Assembly (NCBI GenBank): GCA_020832905.1
Contig: JAJHRG010000001.1
Coordinates: 360,617-424,616, forward strand
Length of the DNA: 64,000 nt
Direction of reading: 5' to 3'
From: Thermoproteota archaeon
GTDB taxonomy: Archaea > Thermoproteota > Methanomethylicia > Methanomethylicales > Methanomethylicaceae
Shown here: positions 32,458 to 41,927 of the stretch, piece by piece
Layout: each line of letters starts with the position of its first letter
Numbering within the stretch: the stretch's first letter is position 1
Notes under the pieces: generated by a model
Database searches by the model: none
What the model was told of the DNA's origin: nothing
The model's input: the letters and a program-made list of their open reading frames with translations, nothing else
Made by a program: the position numbers and the translations under genes

Positions 32458-33661
32458 ATTTTCTTTCTAATAATCCTTCGATTATCTTCTCAATTTGATT
32501 AAATTCTTCATTTACAATACTTTCTATTTCATATTTCATACTATTATTTAAGCAATATGATTTTTCTAGTATTAGTTGTATATTTGTTAAGTAAGGATCA
32601 TCAATAGGTTTACCTATTTGACTTACAATTTTTACATAAACTTCTTCTATACCTTTCATTTCTGCAATTTTATTTGCAATTTTGTTTGCAATTACATTGT
32701 ATATTTTACCTACATGACTCATTGGATTTTTACCTGCAGTAGCTTCAAGTGACATTGGTCTTGATGGTGTTATAAGACCATTAACTCTATTACCTCTTCC
32801 AGTTTCACCATCATCTCCCATTTCTGCAGAAGTTCCTGTTACTGTTAAATAGATACTATTTATTTCAGGTTTATCTGCAGTATTTATTTCTACTTCTACT
32901 GGTACTTCATATTTTTTAACTAAATAATCTTGTATTTTATTTTTAAGCTCCTCCTTAATAGATAAATAATGACTTAAATCATATATAAATCTAGAAATCA
33001 TTGCTACTGCAATTATTAATTTAATTTCATTACCTATACGTAATCCCATGACTTTTACATCTTCTCCAACTTCAGGCATCTCCTTTTTTAGCTGAGTTGA
33101 GTTTATGAATCTTTCAGTATCATAAACTATTTTTTCTAATGTAGTAAGTGGTGCAAAAGCAACACCAAATGATGTATCATTTGCACATTTTATTTTATTT
33201 TTATACTCATAAATAGAAACAAGATCTACAGAACCTCTTCCTATTCTATAATCTACTATTACATGATGCTCAGGATCTAAAAATCTTATGTTATTTTTTA
33301 TCCAATTTTTTGCAGCTTCAATTGCAATTCTTCCAACTGGTATATATTCTCTTACATTATTATTAATTACTTCTGAAGTTACTCTTCCAGACATTAATAT
33401 GTATATTGGTGCTACTACTTCTCCTCCACCAAATCTTACATTAGTTTGTCCTCCTACTATAAGTACTTTATCTACATTATGATGAAATATTTGTCCAAAT
33501 TTTTCCATGTAGTATTTACAAAGAGAAAGACTAAATTCTTCTGATAAACTATCTGCCATAAAATCAGGATGACCTGTACCTTTTCTTTCTACAAATTCTA
33601 CTAATTGATTTTTAACAGCTTGAGAGTGAAGTTCCTCAACTACTATTTTTCTATTCATCAA
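32444..33661 (-). CDS. archaeal-type S-adenosylmethionine synthetase
   Basis: 405 aa. The N-terminus ...[14 protein letters not shown]... matches the archaeal MAT family rather than bacterial MetK. Confidence 0.85.
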   Translation of the reverse strand: MMNRKIVVEELHSQAVKNQLVEFVERKGTGHPDFMADSLSEEFSLSLCKYYMEKFGQIFHHNVDKVLIVGGQTNVRFGGGEVVAPIYILMSGRVTSEVINNNVREYIPVGRIAIEAAKNWIKNNIRFLDPEHHVIVDYRIGRGSVDLVSIYEYKNKIKCANDTSFGVAFAPLTTLEKIVYDTERFINSTQLKKEMPEVGEDVKVMGLRIGNEIKLIIAVAMISRFIYDLSHYLSIKEELKNKIQDYLVKKYEVPVEVEINTADKPEINSIYLTVTGTSAEMGDDGETGRGNRVNGLITPSRPMSLEATAGKNPMSHVGKIYNVIANKIANKIAEMKGIEEVYVKIVSQIGKPIDDPYLTNIQLILEKSYCLNNSMKYEIESIVNEEFNQIEKIIEGLLERKFILF

Positions 33662-33684
33662 TTATAGTTCACCATATAAAAGTA

Positions 33685-33936
33685 TTATGTACGCTTTATA
33701 ATATCTTTTGATGGAGATGTAACAATATATAATATATTACTTCCTCTTACCAATATTTTACCATATTTTGCTAGTGGACTACCATCATCTACTGTTTCTA
33801 TAGCATCAGTTAATACTAAGTTCATTGTTTGATCATATTTTACAAGATTTCCTATATATTCATGTCCATCTTTTAATTTTACTAATATCTGGTTATTTAG
33901 TGCCTTATTAAGTAGTTTAAATGTTTCATTTGGCAT
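33685..33936 (-). CDS. Sm-like archaeal protein (SmAP/LSm)
   Basis: 83 aa. Sm1/Sm2 motifs VKLKDGHEYIGNL...NLVLTDA...ILVRGSNILYI. Confidence 0.8.
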   Translation of the reverse strand: MPNETFKLLNKALNNQILVKLKDGHEYIGNLVKYDQTMNLVLTDAIETVDDGSPLAKYGKILVRGSNILYIVTSPSKDIIKRT

Positions 33937-33995
33937 TAATTAACACCACTTTATTCTACTATAAGTTTTGTTATCTGTATTTATTAAGCTTATTA

Positions 33996-34496
33996 TTATT
34001 TTCTACCAATTAGAAAAATACTTCTCATAGTATCAGACTCATAAATTTCAGTATTTTCTGGTATGTTTTTTGGAATACTTGAATGTTTTAAAATACTAAT
34101 TCCAAATCTACCATTTCTTTTTAAGCATCTCATTATTTCTGAGAAAAACTTCTCTTTATTTTCTACAAGATCAATAACAGTAATACTCATTACTATATCA
34201 GCAACTTCATCTCTTAATGGTAAAAATTCTCCATCTGCTAAAATTAATTCAGCTTTTCCAATTTTCTTAGCTTCTCTTATCATATTTATAGATATATCAA
34301 TACCAATAATTTCCTTACATTTTATCATCTTAAAAAGAAGACCTGTACCACATCCTATATCTACTAGTACTTCATTTTCTTTTGGTTTTATTCTTCCTAA
34401 CAAAAAACTTATTTTTAATTCTTGCTCATATTTATACCTCATATTGTATAAATATGCAGTAGCATTATACTTATTCATTATATCTCGCTTACTCAC
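33996..34496 (-). CDS. class I SAM-dependent methyltransferase
   Basis: 166 aa with motif I VLVDIGCGTGL and an acidic motif II ILADGEFLP. Confidence 0.7.
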   Translation of the reverse strand: MSKRDIMNKYNATAYLYNMRYKYEQELKISFLLGRIKPKENEVLVDIGCGTGLLFKMIKCKEIIGIDISINMIREAKKIGKAELILADGEFLPLRDEVADIVMSITVIDLVENKEKFFSEIMRCLKRNGRFGISILKHSSIPKNIPENTEIYESDTMRSIFLIGRK

Positions 34497-34568
34497 GAGA
34501 TAAAGATTTATTTAAGAGCTGTATTTTTATTTAAGCTTAGTTTAAACTACTTAGAGTGAGGTGAAAAT

Positions 34569-34886
34569 ATGGCTGAAGCAAAAAAACCAGAAGCACAAAA
34601 ACCTAAAGAAGTTCTTAAAGATGTAGTTTTAGTTGGTAAAAAACCACTTATGAGTTATGTTATGGCAGCATTACTACAATTAACTCAAAGCGATAGTATT
34701 ACAATAAAGGCAAGAGGAAGAGCAATATCTCGTGCAGTAGATGTTGCTCAAATACTTGCAAATAGATTCATTGGAGATTCTTCAGCAATAAAGTCAATTA
34801 AAATTGATACTGAAACTCTTGGAGATCCGCCTAGGAACGTATCAGTAATAGAAATAGTAGTTTCTGGTAAACCATTAAAGAAATAA
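34569..34886 (+). CDS. albA: DNA/RNA-binding protein Alba
   Basis: 105 aa. Alba core ...VLVGKKPLMSYVMAALLQL...ITIKARGRAISRAVDVAQIL.... Confidence 0.85.
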   Translation: MAEAKKPEAQKPKEVLKDVVLVGKKPLMSYVMAALLQLTQSDSITIKARGRAISRAVDVAQILANRFIGDSSAIKSIKIDTETLGDPPRNVSVIEIVVSGKPLKK

Positions 34887-34930
34887 TTTTTTGTATTTTT
34901 CCTTGTGTAAAATTTTTATTATTTTTTATG

Positions 34931-35209
34931 TTATCCTCCTGCTACTGGAGGAAATATTGAAATACAATCTCCATCTTTTAGTTCTGTATTAAGTCCATTT
35001 AGTCCTCTTATATCTTTTCCATTTAACAAAATTTTTACCATATCTTTTAATCTTCCCCCTTCAAAAATTACATTTTCTAATACTGAACCAAATCTTTCTA
35101 ATAATAAATTTAGAATATCCTCTATAGTTGTTCCTTCACACTCTACCTCCATACTTGACATACCTAGTATTTCTCTTAGTATTGCAAAAAACTCTATTTT
35201 TATCTTCAA
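34931..35209 (-). CDS. MoaD/ThiS-like beta-grasp protein ending in Gly-Gly (SAMP or MoaD)
   Basis: 92 aa. The C-terminus ...ISIFPPVAGG is the diagnostic di-Gly tail of sulfur-carrier and ubiquitin-like modifiers. Confidence 0.7.
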   Translation of the reverse strand: MKIKIEFFAILREILGMSSMEVECEGTTIEDILNLLLERFGSVLENVIFEGGRLKDMVKILLNGKDIRGLNGLNTELKDGDCISIFPPVAGG

Positions 35210-35274
35210 TTCTTATCAATTAAATTTAAATAACACCATTATTAAATTCTTTTCGATTAAGAGATGATAAATAT

Positions 35275-37782
35275 ATGGGCGGTTACATGGGAAAAATACT
35301 AAGAGTTGATTTATCTTCAAAAGAAATTTCAATTGAAGAACTAAATATGGATATAGCATATCAATTTATTGGTGGAAGAGGATATGGTGCAAAAATATTA
35401 TTTGATGAACTTCCTGTAGGTATAGATCCTTTAGGTCCAAAAAATAAGTTAATATTTATGACAGGTCCTCTTACAGGTACACCTGCTCCTACTTCTGGTA
35501 GATATTCTGTATCTACAAAATCTCCTCTTACAGGTACAATATTTGATGCTAATAGTGGTGGATACTTTGGAGTTGAATTAAAAAGAGCTGGATTTGATGG
35601 AATTATAATAGAAGGTGTAAGTGATACTCCTGTATTTCTTTCTGTAATAAATGGAAAAGCAGAACTTCATGATGCATCTAATATTTGGGGCTTAGATGTA
35701 TTTGAAACAGAAGCTCGTCTTAAACAGATTATAGGTGAGCCATATGCTAGAGTTGCTTGTATTGGTCCTGCTGGAGAAAGACTTGTTAAAATAGCTGCTA
35801 TAATGAATGATAAACATAGAGCTGCAGCTAGAGGTGGTGTAGGTGCTGTTATGGGATCAAAAAAACTAAAAGCAATAATAGTTAAAGGATCAGCAGAAAT
35901 TCCTATTGCAAATCGTTATGCATTTATGAAAGAAGTAAAACGTTGTATGGATGTAATTAAAGGTCATCCAATTACTGGTGATGGCTTAGGAAGATATGGT
36001 ACTGCTATTTTAATTCATATAATTAATAAGGCTGGAATACTTCCAGTAAGAAATTATACATCAGGTTTTTTTGAAGAAGCTGAAAAAGTAAGTGGAGAAT
36101 ATATGGCAAAAACAATTTTAAAAGGGAAAAAAGGTTGTTTTGCATGTCCAATAATGTGTGGAAGAATTACAAATGTGAAATTACCTAATGGTAATATATT
36201 AGAAACAGAAGGACCAGAATATGAAACAATATGGGCTTTTGGTCCAAATTGTGGTATAAGTGATATTGAAGCTATAGCTATAGCTAATGATATGTGTAAT
36301 AGGTATGGAATAGATACAATATCAATGGGTCAAATAATTGCTTTTCTTATGGCATGTTATGAAAATGGTAAAATTGATGCTAGAAGTATAGGTTTTGAAC
36401 CAAAATTTGGTAGTATAGAGAGTTTATATAAATTAATAAAAATGACTGCTTTTAGAGAAGGTATTGGAAATATATTAGCTGAAGGTGTTAAAAGAGCTTC
36501 TGAAATACTTAATGCTGAAGATTATGCTTTTCATGTTAAAGGACTTGAACTTCCTGCATATGATCCAAGAGGAGCAAAAGGAATGGCTCTTGCTTATGCA
36601 ACTTCAAATAGAGGAGGATGTCACTTGAGAGCTTTTATGATTGCTCCTGAAATTTTAAGTATTCCAAGATATTTAAATCCAAATTCTTATGAAAATAAGG
36701 CATTACTTACAAAAATTATGCAAGATGTATTTGCAGTTATAGACTCTCTTATATTATGTAAGTATTCTACACTTGCATTATTTTCTACACTAAATTTTGA
36801 ACCTGATTTTTATGCAAGATTACTTACAACTGCTACAGGATTTTATGTTGATAGAGAAGAATTCTACAAAATTGGAGAAAGAATATACAATTTAGAAAGA
36901 CTTTTTAATGTTAGAGAAGGTTTTTCAAGAAAAGATGATACTTTACCTAAGAGATTATTAACTGAACCATTACCAGATGGTCCTGCAAAAGGAGAAACAA
37001 TTAATTTAGATAGACTACTAAATGAATATTATGCTATAAGAGGTTGGGATTATAATGGAATACCAACAGATAAGAAGGTGTTGGAATTGGGTCTAACCCC
37101 ACTTTATGATGGTCCAAAAGTTCAAGTAGCTATTGATGAAAGATATATGAAGGATGCATTACCTATTGCTGAAGCAGCATATCGTGGAGGAGCTGATATA
37201 ATAGAAGCAGGAACACCTTTAATTAAATCAGAAGGTCTAAGAGTAGTAAAAGAGTTTAGAAAATTATGTCCAAATGCTACAATTGTAGCAGATCTTAAAA
37301 CATTTGATACTGGATGGTTAGAAACAGAATTAGCTGCTGAAAATGGTGCAGATATAGTAACAGTAATGGGAGCAACAGATGATTATACAATAAAAGATGC
37401 AGTAGGTGCAGCTAGAAAGTATGGTCTTAAGGTAATGGTAGACTTAATGAATCTTAAAGATCCAATATCAAGAGCTATAGAAGTTGAAAAATTAGGTGTT
37501 GATATTGTTTGCTTACATGTTGGTATAAGTGCACAAATAAGAGAAAGAGAAGTAGATCAAAAAATTGCTATAGTAGAAAATCTTGTTAAATCAGTAAATA
37601 TACCAGTTGCAGTAGCTGGTGGAATAAAACTAGAAGTTGTACCATTATTAGTAAAAGCAGGTGCTAAAATAATTATAGTTGGTGGTGCTATTACAAAATC
37701 TGCAAATCCAGAAGAAGCTACAAGAAGATTTGTTACTACAGTAAGAAAATTATGGAGTGAATATAAGCAAAAAAGTAAATAA
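35275..37782 (+). CDS. fusion protein: tungsten-type aldehyde:ferredoxin oxidoreductase (AOR family) joined to 3-hexulose-6-phosphate synthase (HPS/HxlA, OMP-decarboxylase-like)
   Basis: 835 aa in one frame. Residues 1 to about 610 carry an AOR N-terminus (GKILRVDLSS), the Cys cluster CFACPIMC and a later GGCH. Residues about 615-835 align along their whole length with HPS (VQVAIDE..., EAGTPLIKSEGLRVVKEF, VADLKTFDTG, ADIVTVMGATDDYTIKDAV, VMVDLMNLKD, LGVDIVCLHVG, VAGGIKLEVVP, IVGGAITKS). Confidence 0.85.
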   Translation: MGGYMGKILRVDLSSKEISIEELNMDIAYQFIGGRGYGAKILFDELPVGIDPLGPKNKLIFMTGPLTGTPAPTSGRYSVSTKSPLTGTIFDANSGGYFGVELKRAGFDGIIIEGVSDTPVFLSVINGKAELHDASNIWGLDVFETEARLKQIIGEPYARVACIGPAGERLVKIAAIMNDKHRAAARGGVGAVMGSKKLKAIIVKGSAEIPIANRYAFMKEVKRCMDVIKGHPITGDGLGRYGTAILIHIINKAGILPVRNYTSGFFEEAEKVSGEYMAKTILKGKKGCFACPIMCGRITNVKLPNGNILETEGPEYETIWAFGPNCGISDIEAIAIANDMCNRYGIDTISMGQIIAFLMACYENGKIDARSIGFEPKFGSIESLYKLIKMTAFREGIGNILAEGVKRASEILNAEDYAFHVKGLELPAYDPRGAKGMALAYATSNRGGCHLRAFMIAPEILSIPRYLNPNSYENKALLTKIMQDVFAVIDSLILCKYSTLALFSTLNFEPDFYARLLTTATGFYVDREEFYKIGERIYNLERLFNVREGFSRKDDTLPKRLLTEPLPDGPAKGETINLDRLLNEYYAIRGWDYNGIPTDKKVLELGLTPLYDGPKVQVAIDERYMKDALPIAEAAYRGGADIIEAGTPLIKSEGLRVVKEFRKLCPNATIVADLKTFDTGWLETELAAENGADIVTVMGATDDYTIKDAVGAARKYGLKVMVDLMNLKDPISRAIEVEKLGVDIVCLHVGISAQIREREVDQKIAIVENLVKSVNIPVAVAGGIKLEVVPLLVKAGAKIIIVGGAITKSANPEEATRRFVTTVRKLWSEYKQKSK

Positions 37783-38310
37783 TTATCTTAATCTATTTCC
37801 TTTTGAATCCATAGTAATAAAACATGGCCCAAAATCTTCTACTTCTAAAACCCATACTGCTTCAGGATCTCCTAGATCTTTCCAATATACTTCCTTTATA
37901 CTTTTAATTCGTTTTGCTGCTAAAGCACCTGCTCCTCCTGGAAATTCCATATATACACAGTGATACTTTTTTAAAGCATTAAGTGTTTTCTCACCCATTC
38001 CTCCTTTTCCTATTATACCCTTTAATCCTGTAAATTTTATTAATTCCTCCTCTAATTCTTCCATTCTCATACTTGTTGTTGGACCAGCAGAAACAACTTT
38101 TAATCCTTTAAGCAAAGGACCACAATGATATATTATTTTATTTCTTAAATCAAATGGAAGTTCTTCACCTCTTCTTAAGAGTTCTACTGCTCTTAGATGT
38201 GCCATATCTCTCATAGTAAATAAAATACCAGAAAAATATACAATATCTCCTATATTTAATTTCTCAATTACTTCATCATTTAATATAGTACTTAACTTCC
38301 ATATCTTCAT
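37783..38310 (-). CDS. class I fumarate hydratase (or L-tartrate dehydratase) beta subunit
   Basis: 175 aa. C-terminal-domain pattern ...HCGPLLKG...KGGMGEKT... of two-subunit Fe-S hydro-lyases. The alpha subunit lies upstream. Confidence 0.85.
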   Translation of the reverse strand: MKIWKLSTILNDEVIEKLNIGDIVYFSGILFTMRDMAHLRAVELLRRGEELPFDLRNKIIYHCGPLLKGLKVVSAGPTTSMRMEELEEELIKFTGLKGIIGKGGMGEKTLNALKKYHCVYMEFPGGAGALAAKRIKSIKEVYWKDLGDPEAVWVLEVEDFGPCFITMDSKGNRLR

Positions 38311-38314
38311 ATTT

Positions 38315-39163
38315 TCACCTAGTTATCTTTACTTCTTTTCCATCATATATAATAGAGATTCTTCTTAATGCCCAACATTGAATATTTATACATAATGGAA
38401 GACTTGCTGTATGACAATGTGCCCATTCTATTGCTACATTAATTACTGTAGTTTTTCCACCAAAACCCATAGGTCCTATTCCTAAACTATTTATTTCTTC
38501 TTCTAATTCTTCTTCTAATTTTCTTACAAACTCATAAGGACTTCTTTGATTAATAGGTCTTAAAAGAGCATATTTTGATAAATGTACAGCTAATTCCATA
38601 TTTCCTCCTACTCCAATACCTACAATTATTGGTGGACATGGCTTACCATTTGCTTTTCTTATAGTATCAATTACAGCTTCTTTTATTCCTTTAATTCCTT
38701 TTACTGGATCTAACATGTAAATACAACTAACATTTTCTGAACCAGCACCTTTTGCTAAGATATCAATTCTCATAAAGTCATTATCTTCATATTCAAAATG
38801 AATTATTGGATGAAATCTTCCTAAGTTTTCTCCTTGATTTTCTCTTGTAAAAGGATTTACTGTATTTGCTCTTATAGGTACTTCTTTTACTGCTCTTTTT
38901 ATAGCTTCTTCTATTATCTTCTTAATCTCTTTAAATCCTTTTGAACCTTTTACAAAAAATTCAATAATTCCTGTATCTTGGCATATTGGTACTTTTTCTT
39001 CTCTAGCATATCTTATATTCTCTATTATAGAATCAATAACAATTCTACTTAAACCTTCTTCTTTTTCTCTTATTTCTAGTAACTTTTTTTCTACATCTTC
39101 TGGTAAATCACATTCTAATTTTCTTATTGCCTCAACAATAATATCAGCATTTATATTACTCAT
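38315..39163 (-). CDS. class I fumarate hydratase (or L-tartrate dehydratase) alpha subunit
   Basis: Fe-S hydro-lyase alpha domain with the cluster cysteines (CQDTG, CHT..). Start moved to the internal Met (MSNINADIIVEAI). The track's 24-aa N-terminal extension is low-complexity and would overlap the neighbouring gene. Confidence 0.75.
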   Translation of the reverse strand: MSNINADIIVEAIRKLECDLPEDVEKKLLEIREKEEGLSRIVIDSIIENIRYAREEKVPICQDTGIIEFFVKGSKGFKEIKKIIEEAIKRAVKEVPIRANTVNPFTRENQGENLGRFHPIIHFEYEDNDFMRIDILAKGAGSENVSCIYMLDPVKGIKGIKEAVIDTIRKANGKPCPPIIVGIGVGGNMELAVHLSKYALLRPINQRSPYEFVRKLEEELEEEINSLGIGPMGFGGKTTVINVAIEWAHCHTASLPLCINIQCWALRRISIIYDGKEVKITR

Positions 39164-39214
39164 AAAAGAAAAAAATCCAAAAAGTATTAATAAATCACAC
39201 TTTCTTTCTTTATT

Positions 39215-39628
39215 ATGCATAATAATTATGATCAATTAATAAAATTCTCTTATGAAATATCACAATTAGTTAAATATATTTATTTTAATAATCTAGCAAG
39301 AGCTGAAGAAGAATTAATACAATTAAAAAACAAACTAGAGAAATTTGGAGAAATGGGAAATGGCTTCTTTAATGCTATAAAGGGTATATATATTGCTATG
39401 AAGGAAAAAGACAAAATTGCTTTTTTTACAAGAATTTATCAATATGAAACTCCAGAGAAAATTAGAGAAATTGCTAATAATTTTAAAAATGAAATGTTTA
39501 GACCAACTATTGATGATTATGAAAGAGGTTTTCTTTTATGTTGGGAAATTATTTTAAGAACTTTATCTGAGCTCAAAGAGAAATATCCAGAATATGTAAA
39601 AGGAAATACAGAACTTACATCCAAATAA
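39215..39628 (+). CDS. hypothetical protein
   Basis: 137 aa, non-repetitive composition, no recognised motif. Confidence 0.4.
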   Translation: MHNNYDQLIKFSYEISQLVKYIYFNNLARAEEELIQLKNKLEKFGEMGNGFFNAIKGIYIAMKEKDKIAFFTRIYQYETPEKIREIANNFKNEMFRPTIDDYERGFLLCWEIILRTLSELKEKYPEYVKGNTELTSK

Positions 39629-39920
39629 TATTATAAGTAATAACCCAAATTACATACCAAATTAGAAAATATGAAAAAATTCCTGTTGTATATAGTTTTC
39701 TATAATCTTTTACACGAGAATATATCCCTTTAATTACATATCTAAATAGAATATAACTCAAAAGAAAGAATGATACTCCTACTATCAAGCCAATTCCTTC
39801 TTTTAAATTTAATATTCCACATAATAATCCAGCAATTATTGCAAATATTATTCTTATATAGTAAATTTTTCTGTAAATAGAATAATGTGTAGGTGTTGAA
39901 TTTGAAGTCTTGTTTATCAT
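39615..39920 (-). CDS. small hydrophobic membrane protein (about 3 TM helices)
   Basis: 101 aa with three hydrophobic helices. Its start overlaps the TTG start of the divergent NFACT gene by 28 nt, so one of the two starts may be wrong. Confidence 0.3.
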   Translation of the reverse strand: MINKTSNSTPTHYSIYRKIYYIRIIFAIIAGLLCGILNLKEGIGLIVGVSFFLLSYILFRYVIKGIYSRVKDYRKLYTTGIFSYFLIWYVIWVITYNIIWM

Positions 39921-41866
39921 CCATAGATCTCCTCGCTATTGTTAAAGAGCTGAATTCTGTACTTATAAATACTCGAATAGAAAATATATATAACTTAAAT
40001 GATTTTGCTTTTATTTTTCGTCTTCATAAAGCTAATGGAATTAATTTTAATTTAATATTTGAATTAGGAAAAAGAATTAACATAACTAATTTTAAATATC
40101 CATTACCTTCTTCTCCTTCTTATCCTGTATCTAGAATGAGATCATTGTTATTAAATGCTCAAATAATTGAGATTACTCAAATAGATTTAGAAAGAATTAT
40201 TTGCATAACATTAAAAACTAATGAAAATAAAGTATTAAAGTTATATTTAGAATTATTTGAAAAAGGTAATATAATAATAACTGATGAATTTGAAAAAATT
40301 ATTTTTGCATTATATCAGAGAAAAATGAAAGATAGATGTATTAAAATAGGAGAAACTTATAAGCTTCCTCCTCCTAGAGGTAAAAGCATTTATGATGATA
40401 TTAACTATAATGACATTATTAGTAATGAAAATCTAAAGAATTTAAGTGTATTAAGAGCTTTAAGTAAATATTACAACTTACCTCCAGAATTTATAGAAGA
40501 AGTTTTAGCAAGATGTAATATAAATTCTAATACATTATTCTCAGAAATTAATAATGAAGCTTTTCAAAAATTTATAAAAACTGCTAGATTACTAATAGAA
40601 GAAATTAAATCTTCAGTATTAAAGCCAAATATTATAATAAAGAATGGAGAAAGAATCTCAGTTCAACCTATTGAGTTTACCTCATTACCTTATGAAAAAG
40701 TATATTTTGACTCATTTAATAATGCAATAGATGAGTACTTTTCATCATTTATTATACAAAAAATATCAGAAAAACAAAGAAAACCAATAGATGAAAAAAT
40801 TAAAGAACTTGAAGGTATAATTGAGAGACAAAAAAAGTACTTAAAAGAATTAGAAGAAAAACAAATCAAGTATAAAAGAATTGGGGAAATTATTTTAACT
40901 AACTTAGATAAAATTCAAGCTCTAATAGATTATGTAGTTAATATGAGGAAGAAAAACATAGATTGGGAAGAAATAAAGAAATTTTCTCCTATTAAAATAT
41001 TAGAAATAAATCCTTCAAAAGGAACTCTTAAAACTATTATAGATAATCAAGAATTAGAAATTGACTTTAAAATTTCAGCTTCAGAGAATATGAATAAATT
41101 CTTTTCAGAATATAAAGAAATTTCAAGGAAAATTAATGGTCTTATTAATGCTATAAATGAAACTGAGAGAAAAATTAATGAATTAAAAAAAGGTTTGGAA
41201 GAAGTAAGTAAAGTAATTATTGTAAAGGAAATGAAAAAAGAGTGGTATGAAAGATTTAGATGGACTTTTTCATCTCAAGGATTTCTAATAATTGGAGGAA
41301 AAGATGCTAAGCAGAATGAAATTCTTGTAAAAAGATATATGGATGAGAAGGATATTTTTGTTCATGCAGATGTACCTGGTGGCTCAGTTGTTATAGTAAA
41401 ATCTAATGGTAAGGAAATTCCTGAAGAAACAAAAAAAGAAGCAGTATCTTTTGCTATTGTATATTCAAAAGCATGGAAAGCTGGATTAAGTAGTGCAGAT
41501 GGATATTGGGTTATGGCTAATCAAGTAAGTAAGAAACCACCTTCAGGTGAATTTCTTAAAAAAGGTGCATTTATGATATATGGTGAAAGAAATTATATTC
41601 GTAACGTACCATTGGAATTATTTTTAGGTGTAAAAATAGTAGATAGAGAGTTTAAGATAATTGTAGGTAGTGAAAATTTTGTAAAGAACAATTCTATTGC
41701 TTTTGTTAAATTAGTACCTGGATATTTAAAAGGAGAAGCTTTAGTTAAAAAAATAAAAGAATTATTAATAAAAAGAGCAAGTAATGAATATAAAGAAATT
41801 ATAAATGCAATACCTAATAATGAAATTCTATCTAAATTACCTTCAGGTGGTGCTATACCTTTATAA
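39893..41866 (+). CDS. NFACT-family protein (Rqc2/FbpA homolog, ribosome quality control)
   Basis: 657 aa. NFACT-N start (LSSIDLLAIVKELN), a central coiled-coil, and the NFACT-R motif DIFVHADVPGGSVVIV. Confidence 0.8.
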   Translation: MLNLKSCLSSIDLLAIVKELNSVLINTRIENIYNLNDFAFIFRLHKANGINFNLIFELGKRINITNFKYPLPSSPSYPVSRMRSLLLNAQIIEITQIDLERIICITLKTNENKVLKLYLELFEKGNIIITDEFEKIIFALYQRKMKDRCIKIGETYKLPPPRGKSIYDDINYNDIISNENLKNLSVLRALSKYYNLPPEFIEEVLARCNINSNTLFSEINNEAFQKFIKTARLLIEEIKSSVLKPNIIIKNGERISVQPIEFTSLPYEKVYFDSFNNAIDEYFSSFIIQKISEKQRKPIDEKIKELEGIIERQKKYLKELEEKQIKYKRIGEIILTNLDKIQALIDYVVNMRKKNIDWEEIKKFSPIKILEINPSKGTLKTIIDNQELEIDFKISASENMNKFFSEYKEISRKINGLINAINETERKINELKKGLEEVSKVIIVKEMKKEWYERFRWTFSSQGFLIIGGKDAKQNEILVKRYMDEKDIFVHADVPGGSVVIVKSNGKEIPEETKKEAVSFAIVYSKAWKAGLSSADGYWVMANQVSKKPPSGEFLKKGAFMIYGERNYIRNVPLELFLGVKIVDREFKIIVGSENFVKNNSIAFVKLVPGYLKGEALVKKIKELLIKRASNEYKEIINAIPNNEILSKLPSGGAIPL

Positions 41867-41927
41867 TACTATTAAATTATTAATTTAAGTTTAAATAAAT
41901 TTAGCTGTATATATAATACAGATAATT

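Noticed and set aside
34063-34503. A 146-aa plus-strand ORF.
   Set aside because: It is entirely antisense to the well-supported SAM-dependent methyltransferase gene (33996-34496), and its translation is low-complexity and hydrophobic.
38315-39235. The long form of the fumarate hydratase alpha subunit, starting MIIIIMHNKERKCDLLILFGFF.
   Set aside because: The first 24 residues are low-complexity and hydrophobic. They would also overlap the divergent 39215-39628 gene. The internal Met at 39163 gives a canonical N-terminus.
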